From: Candidatus Binataceae bacterium | GTDB taxonomy: Bacteria > Desulfobacterota > Binatia > Binatales > Binataceae | Length of the DNA stretch: 64,000 bases | NCBI GenBank assembly: GCA_036521875.1 | Contig: DATDGX010000147.1 | Location: 190-64,189 of the forward strand | Reading direction: 5' to 3' | In this document: positions 57,281 through 64,000 of the stretch, piece by piece | Position numbering within the stretch: position 1 is the stretch's first letter | How the letters are laid out: the number at the start of each line of letters is the position of its first letter | Made by a program: the position numbers and the translations under genes | Notes under the pieces: generated by a model | Seen by the model: only the letters and a program-made list of their open reading frames with translations | What the model was told of the DNA's origin: nothing | The model's database searches: none

Positions 57281-58164
57281 CGATGCGAGGGTTTTAGCGG
57301 CTTGCTCAGAGTTTCGTAGATTTTATCTTCAAAGTAATTGCGGCCCTCAGCCGGCGTCGGATGATGGCGCTTCACCGCATCGGCAATCGCCGGCTCGACG
57401 GCCGCCGCGTCCACGACGACCACATCAGATTGCCTGGCGAGGAACGGCGAGCCGAGGTTCGCATCGAAGCGGATCGCGTATCTGCGCGCGCCCTCGCTTC
57501 CCGGCTCGACGTCAAAATTTTCGTTGTCGTCGGCCAGCCCGTTGAACCACGCGAGAAACGTGTTGTCCTCGAGGCCATACAGGCAATTGTACGCGAGCCC
57601 GATGAACTGCACCTTAAGTTGGTAGCGACTGCCGCCATCACTGCAGTTCTGGTCGGCCCTCGCCGCCACCGGTTGGCTGAGCAGCCGGACGATCACCTTG
57701 CGCCAAATCACTTTCCCCGTCGCGTCGCGCTTGACGATCATCGGGGCGGCTATCCGGCAAGTCCACTGGTTGTCCTCGTGATGGAACAACTCTTCGACGC
57801 TGATTACCGAACCATCGGAGAAGCCGATACGCCCCTTGCCCGCGAACGTCCCAAGGTTGCGCGAGGAGCTTGCGTCCGCGTTGTAAATCGACTGGAACTC
57901 GCTATGAGTGGACTGGCGGCGCGTGCCGCTGAAAAATCCTTCCAGCCAGAACTCCTCGCCCTCGCTCCTCTGGGTGGGCTGCAGAACGGAATACACGATC
58001 ATAACGTCGTCCGCGGGGGCCGCGAAGAACCGGACGATTCCCGGCACTTCCCGCCCCCACACGTCGGGATACGGCGGATGGAGTCCCTCCGCGGCCAGCG
58101 CCGGAATCGCCGCGAGCGCGAGCACGAGCACCATCGCAACGATAATTCGAGATTTTCGCCGCAT
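57277..58164 (-). CDS. Hypothetical secreted protein
   Basis: Start MRRKSRIIVAMVLVLALAAIPALAAEG (signal peptide); 295 aa, no recognisable family. Confidence 0.45.
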   Translation of the reverse strand: MRRKSRIIVAMVLVLALAAIPALAAEGLHPPYPDVWGREVPGIVRFFAAPADDVMIVYSVLQPTQRSEGEEFWLEGFFSGTRRQSTHSEFQSIYNADASSSRNLGTFAGKGRIGFSDGSVISVEELFHHEDNQWTCRIAAPMIVKRDATGKVIWRKVIVRLLSQPVAARADQNCSDGGSRYQLKVQFIGLAYNCLYGLEDNTFLAWFNGLADDNENFDVEPGSEGARRYAIRFDANLGSPFLARQSDVVVVDAAAVEPAIADAVKRHHPTPAEGRNYFEDKIYETLSKPLKPSHR

Positions 58165-58222
58165 GCCGTGAAAGCTCCCTTTCACTGACTATTCCGTCGC
58201 GACAAACATTTCTGTTTTCTAA

Positions 58223-59224
58223 GTGAATTACCAATTTGATAAAGTGCGGGAAAAGCTGATCGATGCGGGTTTGGATGGGAGTGCGATAGTGCGGAGCGGA
58301 GCGCGGCGACCAATAGACCTAATGGAGAACCAGACCATGGAAACTCCCCAGGAATACTACCAAGGCCACGGGCTGATGTCCGCGACGGGCGCGAACGCGG
58401 CGGAGTTGCAGGCGCTGCCTGATGATATCGCGAAGCTCTGCGAGATCGTGCAGGGTCTGATTATTCATCGCGACATCGCGCCATTCGCGTATGGCGTTAC
58501 TCTTTCCGAGGAGCGCCGCGACGACGCGCACCTCCGTCCGATGGCGGAAATGCTGGCGCGAATTTACTTGCACGATCCGCGGCCTCTGACCGCCGACCGC
58601 GCGCCGGAAAAGAAATTTGCCGGCGTATGCCGTCACTTCTCGCTGATGCTCGCCTCGATCCTGCGCCAACACGGCGTTCCGGCGCGCGCGCGATGCGGCT
58701 TCGGTGCCTACTTCACTCCCGGCAAGTTCGAAGACCATTGGGTGTGCGAGTATTGGAACGCCGAACGGTCACGATGGATGATGGTCGACGCGCAACTCGA
58801 CGCCACGCAGCGGAGACTTTTCAAACCCGACTTCGATTCCCTGGATGTACCTCGCAACCGGTTCATCATCGCCGGCGATGCGTGGCAGATGTGCCGCTCC
58901 GGCCGCGCCGACCCCGGCAAGTTTGGGCTCACGCACGTCGGGTTTAGCGGATTGTGGTTCATCGCTGGCAACGTGCTGCGCGATCTGGCCGCGCTCAATC
59001 GAGCGGAGATGCTGCCGTGGGACGTGTGGGGATTGATGGCAGGCAGCGACGCCGAGTTGAAGGACGACGTAAAGGCCATACTCGACAAGGTCGCGGCGCT
59101 GACGCTCGAAGACGACGCCGCGTTCCCGAAAGTCCGAACCACCTACCAGAACGACGATCGCCTTCGCGTCCCAGCCTTGGTTTTCAACGCACTCCGCAAC
59201 GCGCCAGAGAAGGTCTCGGCATGA
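58223..59224 (+). CDS. Transglutaminase-like (Cys-His-Asp) superfamily protein
   Basis: Core triad context GVCRHFSLMLASIL (Cys), HWVCEYW (His), RWMMVDAQ (Asp). Start uncertain. Confidence 0.65.
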   Translation: MNYQFDKVREKLIDAGLDGSAIVRSGARRPIDLMENQTMETPQEYYQGHGLMSATGANAAELQALPDDIAKLCEIVQGLIIHRDIAPFAYGVTLSEERRDDAHLRPMAEMLARIYLHDPRPLTADRAPEKKFAGVCRHFSLMLASILRQHGVPARARCGFGAYFTPGKFEDHWVCEYWNAERSRWMMVDAQLDATQRRLFKPDFDSLDVPRNRFIIAGDAWQMCRSGRADPGKFGLTHVGFSGLWFIAGNVLRDLAALNRAEMLPWDVWGLMAGSDAELKDDVKAILDKVAALTLEDDAAFPKVRTTYQNDDRLRVPALVFNALRNAPEKVSA

Positions 59225-59353
59225 ACGAATGAAATCAAATCTCGGCGGGCAATGCGGCTCGGCAACCAACAGCGCGAGGCGCGCGTCTTAGCCAACAGGA
59301 AGCGGACGAAAAAAACCAGTGTGGGTTTCGCCTCTGGATCTTCTCTTCTCAGG

Positions 59354-59920
59354 ATGATGTTACTATCGCGATGGTCAGCGGTTCGGCACGTATCGTCTTT
59401 GCGATCGTCGATACCAACATCAACTGACTATTCGAGTACTCGGGAGACCGCCACGTTCATTCTCATTCGTGCGATCACCTACGCCACCCTCTTTGTCGGC
59501 TTCCTGCTGGTGTTCTTGCCGGCCCGCGTTCTCTCGTGGTACGGGATCGTTCGGCCCGGCAGCATCGGCGCCGCGCAAGTCGCCGGCGTGGTGGTTGGCG
59601 CGAGCGGGGCCGTTCTGGCGCTGTGGTGCATCGGCACCCTCATTGTGATCGGCCGCGGAACGCCGGCGCCCTTCGACCCGCCGCGGCGCCTGGTCGAGGT
59701 CGGCCCGTATCGGATGGTCCGCAACCCGATGTACCTCGGTGCGGGCCTCGCCTTGGCCGGGGCGGCCCTGTTCTACGAGTCCTGGGGACTCCTTGGATAC
59801 TGCGCCGCCTTCGTGCTCGTTACCCACCTGTTCGTGGTGATGTACGAGGAACCTACCCTGCGCGCGACCTTTGGCGCCCCCTACGAGCGTTATTGCGAGC
59901 GCGTCCGGCGCTGGCGGTAA
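59354..59920 (+). CDS. Isoprenylcysteine carboxyl methyltransferase (ICMT/PEMT) family membrane protein
   Basis: C-terminal LVEVGPYRMVRNPMYLGAGLAL...EEPTLRATFGAPYERYCERVRRW signature; N-terminal TM helices. Start chosen at MML; the track ORF begins at 59252. Confidence 0.7.
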   Translation: MMLLSRWSAVRHVSSLRSSIPTSTDYSSTRETATFILIRAITYATLFVGFLLVFLPARVLSWYGIVRPGSIGAAQVAGVVVGASGAVLALWCIGTLIVIGRGTPAPFDPPRRLVEVGPYRMVRNPMYLGAGLALAGAALFYESWGLLGYCAAFVLVTHLFVVMYEEPTLRATFGAPYERYCERVRRWR

Positions 59921-60031
59921 AGTTCTGCAAGTGGATTCGCTCGCCGCGCGCGGCTATAACGCCTCTTGGCAGCGTCACTCGTCACGGCGAACGCCAGCTC
60001 GCAACGCCTAATCGGCTTCATCGAGGACAGC

Positions 60032-61204
60032 ATGAGTGAATCCGTCAATCGCTTCGCAGAGTGTATCGAGCGCGCGCGCAAGCTTGGCCCACTAATCGCC
60101 GAACACGCGGCGGAGTCGGAACGCCTTAGCCAACTTTCGACCAAGGTGGTCGACGCGTTTCACGAGGCCGGCCTGTTCCGCGCGCTGTTGCCGGTTCCGA
60201 TGGCCGGCTTCAATCTGACCATCGCGCAGCAATGCGAGGTCGCCGAGCAGATCGCGCGCTTCGACGGCGCGACCGGATGGAACTTCGCGATCGGTTCGGG
60301 CGGTCCGGTGATCGCAAACTTTGTCGCGCGCGAGGCGTTCGAAAATATCTTTGCCGATCCGCGCGCGCTCGTCGCCGGTTCATTCAGTCCGATGGGAAAC
60401 AGCGCCGTCGCCTGCGATGGCGGTTTCCGCTTCACGGGCAAAGCGACTTACGCCAGTGGCTCCGCGCAAGCCACCTGGCTGACGGCCAGCGGAGTCGAGA
60501 TGCACAATGGCGTGCCCCAGATCGTCGATGGCATTCCAAAGTTCAGGGCAGGAATGTTTCCGATCAGATCCGCAAAGGTTCTGAACACCTGGTCGGTGTC
60601 GGGATTGCGCGGCACCGGCAGCAACGATGTCATGTTTGAAAACGTGTTCGTCCCCGAGAGTTACACGTTCGAATTTCCCAATCCCAGGAGCGCCTGGCAG
60701 ATCGGGCCGGGGGCGCGGATTCCGCTGATGGTCCAGCTTGGCGGTACTCTTGCCGCCGTCGCACTCGGCATCGCGCGTCACGCGATCGACGCGCTCAAAG
60801 AGCTCGCGGTGAGCAAGATTCCGCTTGGCACGATGGCGTCGCTGCGCGAACGCCCCGTCGCGCAACTCCAACTGGGCGAGGCGGAAGGAACGCTGCGTGC
60901 GGGCCGCTCCTACCTGTACGGAAGCATCGCCGAAATCTGGCAAAGAAGCGAAGCGCACGAACCCTTCGATCTCGAAGCGCTAGCCTCGGCGCGGCTGGCG
61001 TCGGTGACCACCGGCAAGCTGGCGGCGCGCACCGTTGACCTCGTTTACGACGCGGCGGGAATCAGCGCGATGCACACCGCGCTGCCGATCGAGCGATGCT
61101 GGCGCGATGTGCACGCCGTCACGCAGCACGTCACGATGAACACCGCGCGCTACGAAGTGGCGGGCCGTATCCTGTTCGGCCTGCCTCCCGGCCTGTTTGT
61201 CTGA
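60032..61204 (+). CDS. Acyl-CoA-dehydrogenase-fold protein (ACAD type 2 / flavin-dependent oxygenase-like)
   Basis: Start ATG 60032 (MSESVNRF); ACAD N/middle/C domains but with a divergent catalytic region; 390 aa. Confidence 0.75.
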   Translation: MSESVNRFAECIERARKLGPLIAEHAAESERLSQLSTKVVDAFHEAGLFRALLPVPMAGFNLTIAQQCEVAEQIARFDGATGWNFAIGSGGPVIANFVAREAFENIFADPRALVAGSFSPMGNSAVACDGGFRFTGKATYASGSAQATWLTASGVEMHNGVPQIVDGIPKFRAGMFPIRSAKVLNTWSVSGLRGTGSNDVMFENVFVPESYTFEFPNPRSAWQIGPGARIPLMVQLGGTLAAVALGIARHAIDALKELAVSKIPLGTMASLRERPVAQLQLGEAEGTLRAGRSYLYGSIAEIWQRSEAHEPFDLEALASARLASVTTGKLAARTVDLVYDAAGISAMHTALPIERCWRDVHAVTQHVTMNTARYEVAGRILFGLPPGLFV

Positions 61205-61265
61205 GCCAGGCGCGAGCACCGGACCGGCACACTTGCCGTGCGCAATCGTGCGGATTGCGCGGCCC

Positions 61266-61949
61266 TCAGACCGCTTCGCTAAGTTGCTGCTCGCGTAGCC
61301 GTCGTTCCCGGAGCGCGAGCATATATCGCCGCGTCCATGCGATGAGCACGATCATCACGCCGAATGCCATCACCGGTGAGATCGCCACCACCTGCGCCGG
61401 CGACAGGACCAGCGCAAAGCCAACCCTGACCAGCGCTTCGACCAGGTAGGCGATTCCCCACACCGTGGTCACCAGGCGTTGCGCGGCGCGAAAGGCGGGA
61501 ACCTCCCAAAGCCCGTTCCACCATGCGAGCCGCACTGGATCCTCGCCGGCGACGAACTGCCGGTTGATGTAAAACATCAGCGGGCGCTCGGCGAACAGCG
61601 ACCCGAGGCAGATCAGGCCGAAGGTCGCGGTCAGAAACGATTCCTTGATCAGCGCGAAGAACACGCTGCCCGAGATCAGCGAGGCCGCCGTTCCAACCGC
61701 CAGAAAGGTCATCACGATGATTCCCAGCGGCTCGAGCCTACGCGACTTGGCCCACACGCGGAGATTGTTGAGCGCCGGAAAGAGCCCGCCCGCGACCAGC
61801 GCCCACAGCGTCGACACGCCCTCCCTGGTCAGCACGTTGAACGCGACGATTGGCATCGCCACGTCGCAGACGAGGGTGGGAATCATCTGCGTGAAGCTGA
61901 AGCCTCCGGCAGGCTCCGGCCCGGGACTAATTGTCGGCCCATCGGCCAT
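61266..61949 (-). CDS. Hypothetical 6-TM membrane protein
   Basis: Start MADGPTISPGPE; hydrophobic helices throughout; no family recognised. Confidence 0.45.
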   Translation of the reverse strand: MADGPTISPGPEPAGGFSFTQMIPTLVCDVAMPIVAFNVLTREGVSTLWALVAGGLFPALNNLRVWAKSRRLEPLGIIVMTFLAVGTAASLISGSVFFALIKESFLTATFGLICLGSLFAERPLMFYINRQFVAGEDPVRLAWWNGLWEVPAFRAAQRLVTTVWGIAYLVEALVRVGFALVLSPAQVVAISPVMAFGVMIVLIAWTRRYMLALRERRLREQQLSEAV

Positions 61950-62226
61950 TCGTGACTCCTCGCCCACCGGACTCGAGAGTTCGTCTCGCTCTTGTTTGCT
62001 GGCTGCGCTTCCAACGTAGCGGCGGTATGCAGTGAACAAATCCTCGCACACGCCGCGCGTTTGTGAAACCGGCGTCTGTGCACACCTCCAGTGCAAACTC
62101 TCACCGAGAGCGTTCCCCTCGCAAATTTAACGACGGCTAATTCTCCCGGTTACATCGAAGCCCCGCTACCTTGCTATGATGGAAATGCCACTTGCGGCGT
62201 CCGCCGCGCTCAGGAGGAACAATTTA

Positions 62227-63312
62227 ATGAAAGCGACTCAACTGCTGCATGATGCCGGGCAGAGCATCTGGCTGGACAACATAACGCGCGCGCTCCTGAC
62301 CGGCGGCGGCCTCAAACGCTACATCGACGAACTCTCCGTCACCGGCCTGACCTCCAATCCGACCATCTTCGACCACGCGATCAAGAACAGCACCGACTAC
62401 GACGCCGGCATTCGGGAAAAGACCGCCGCCGGAAAACAGGGCGAGCCGCTGTTCTTCGATCTCGCGATCGAGGACCTGACCCGCGCCGCCGATCTGTTCC
62501 GCCCGATCCATGAGCGCACCAACGGCGTCGACGGATGGGTCTCGCTCGAGGTTTCGCCCAAGCTCGCGTATGACACCGCGAGCACCGTCAAAGCGGCGAA
62601 AGAATTGTCCGCGCGCGCGGCGCGTCCCAACCTGTTCATAAAGATTCCCGGCACCCGGGAGGGCATTCCCGCTATCGAAGAGGCGATCTTCGCCGGCGTA
62701 CCAATCAACGTGACGCTGCTGTTTTCTCGCGAGCAATATATTGCAGCGGCCGAGGCCTACCTCCGCGGCATCGAACGCCGCGTAAAGGCGGGCCTCAATC
62801 CCAAAGTCGGCTCGGTGGCGTCGTTGTTCATCAGCCGCTGGGACGTGGCGGTCGCGGGCAAGGTGCCGCCCGCGTTGGTAAACCGGCTCGGTATTGCGAT
62901 CGCGCGCCGCGCCTACAAGGCCTATCGCGAACTGCTGGCCACCGACCGCTTTCTGCGTCTCCTGAACTTCGGCGCGCGATCGCAGCGGATGCTCTGGGCC
63001 AGCACCGGGACCAAAGATCCCAAGGCCCCGGACGTCCTCTACGTGAAGTCGTTGGCGGCGCCGCATACGGTTAACACGATGCCGGAAAACACCTTGAAGG
63101 GGCTGGCCGATCATGGCGAGCTTGGCGCGATGCTGCCGCACGACGGCGGCGACGCGGAGCAGGTGCTCGGCGAGTTCAACAAAGCCGGAGTCGATATCGA
63201 CGCGCTGGCCGAACAGCTCCAGCGCGAGGGCGCGGACGCATTCGTCAAGTCGTGGGACGACCTTCTGGCCCAAATCGTCGATAAGAGCGCCGCGCTCAAG
63301 AAAGCGAGCTGA
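62227..63312 (+). CDS. tal: Transaldolase (long form)
   Basis: AGGAGG RBS then ATG 62227; LLHDAGQSIWLDNI, TSNPTIF, FIKIPGT (Schiff-base Lys) motifs. Confidence 0.9.
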   Translation: MKATQLLHDAGQSIWLDNITRALLTGGGLKRYIDELSVTGLTSNPTIFDHAIKNSTDYDAGIREKTAAGKQGEPLFFDLAIEDLTRAADLFRPIHERTNGVDGWVSLEVSPKLAYDTASTVKAAKELSARAARPNLFIKIPGTREGIPAIEEAIFAGVPINVTLLFSREQYIAAAEAYLRGIERRVKAGLNPKVGSVASLFISRWDVAVAGKVPPALVNRLGIAIARRAYKAYRELLATDRFLRLLNFGARSQRMLWASTGTKDPKAPDVLYVKSLAAPHTVNTMPENTLKGLADHGELGAMLPHDGGDAEQVLGEFNKAGVDIDALAEQLQREGADAFVKSWDDLLAQIVDKSAALKKAS

Positions 63313-63337
63313 ACGGCGAGCACCCGAACCGCAGCCG

Positions 63338-64000
63338 ATGAAAACCCTGCGAGAAGTTTTGCAGGATGCCGAACTGCGCAAGGTCGCGGTTGGGCATTTC
63401 AACTTTTCCGATCTCGTCGCCTTCAACGCGATCGTCGCGGCGGCGCGCGAACTGACTCTGCCCGTGATGGTTGGCGTCTCGGAAGGTGAGCGCGAGTTTG
63501 TCGGCGTCAGGCAGGCGGCTGCGTTGGTCAAGGCCGTTCGCGAAGAGTACGGCCATCCGATCTTCCTCAACGCCGACCACACCCACTCGCTGACCAAGGC
63601 GGAGCAGGCCGCCAGAGCCGGCTTCGACGAAATCATTTTCGACGGCTCCGGGCTGAAATTCGAAGACAACATCGCGCAAACCAGGAAGGCCGTCGAGGCG
63701 ATAAAATCGATTGACCCGGCGATCATGGTCGAAGGCGAGATCGGATGGATCGGCGCGTCGTCGGAGATCCTCGACAAGACCCCGGAGGGCGTCGGCGTCC
63801 TCAGCACGCCGGAGGAGGCGAAACAATTCGTCGACGCCACCAGGGTCGACGTGCTGGCGCCTGCGGTCGGCAACATGCATGGGATGCTGCAGAGCATGGT
63901 GCATGGCGACGCGCAGAAGCGCCTCAATATCGAGCGCATCGCGGAGATCAAAACGGCGGTCGGCATCCCGATGACGCTGCATGGCGGCTCGGGCACCAAC
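63338..64000 (+). CDS. fba: Class II fructose-bisphosphate aldolase family (partial; continues beyond window)
   Basis: VAVGHFNFSDL, LNADHTHS, and HGGSGT metal-binding motifs. Confidence 0.85.
   Translation, partial: MKTLREVLQDAELRKVAVGHFNFSDLVAFNAIVAAARELTLPVMVGVSEGEREFVGVRQAAALVKAVREEYGHPIFLNADHTHSLTKAEQAARAGFDEIIFDGSGLKFEDNIAQTRKAVEAIKSIDPAIMVEGEIGWIGASSEILDKTPEGVGVLSTPEEAKQFVDATRVDVLAPAVGNMHGMLQSMVHGDAQKRLNIERIAEIKTAVGIPMTLHGGSGTN

Noticed and set aside
1-64000. CRISPR arrays, rRNA, tRNA, transposase or integrase genes
   Set aside because: I found none. No regularly spaced short direct repeats with unique spacers, no rRNA-like conserved blocks, and no DDE or tyrosine-recombinase motifs.

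Overview
High-GC (about 65%) bacterial chromosomal segment, probably from a soil-type Gram-negative organism; the taxon cannot be determined from sequence alone. I support about 65 protein-coding genes. I found no rRNA, tRNA or CRISPR array, and no transposase or integrase gene. The window contains: (i) a tightly packed O-carbamoyltransferase module (SxtJ-like small protein, NodU/CmcH-type carbamoyltransferase, a 59-aa DUF5989 micro-ORF, amidase); (ii) an acyl-CoA dehydrogenase/phosphotransferase/DUF6285 trio; (iii) a decayed region at 9.4-17.9 kb with a truncated quinone-oxidoreductase pseudogene, a frameshifted Rieske-oxygenase remnant, an orphan FtsX permease bracketed by about 55-bp inverted repeats, and a 150-bp direct repeat pair that duplicates the 5' end of a GFA-family gene; (iv) a three-gene membrane operon with a YcnI-like N-terminal-His protein, which I read as possible copper handling; (v) central-carbon genes (ackA, gnd-zwf, tal-fba); (vi) a long minus-strand array containing two acyl-CoA dehydrogenases, a YedY/MsrP-like molybdoenzyme, an NmrA-like reductase, a cytochrome b and a Met-rich secreted protein, plus msrA and a second Gly/Met-rich secreted protein nearby; this is my best candidate for an uncharacterised periplasmic methionine-sink/repair system; (vii) an AAA+ ATPase with an unknown N-terminal domain next to a signal-peptide-bearing YqgE/AlgH homolog, an alpha/alpha-toroid protein and an AraC regulator; (viii) a lipid/steroid-like catabolic cluster (tandem-fused CoA-transferase, P450, enoyl-CoA hydratase, TetR, LLM oxidoreductases); (ix) pyruvoyl-dependent arginine decarboxylase flanked by DoxX paralogs; and (x) a cluster of PCMT-like methyltransferase, transglutaminase-like protein and ICMT-like methyltransferase. 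All functional calls come from motif and architecture recognition by eye. No database search was run.
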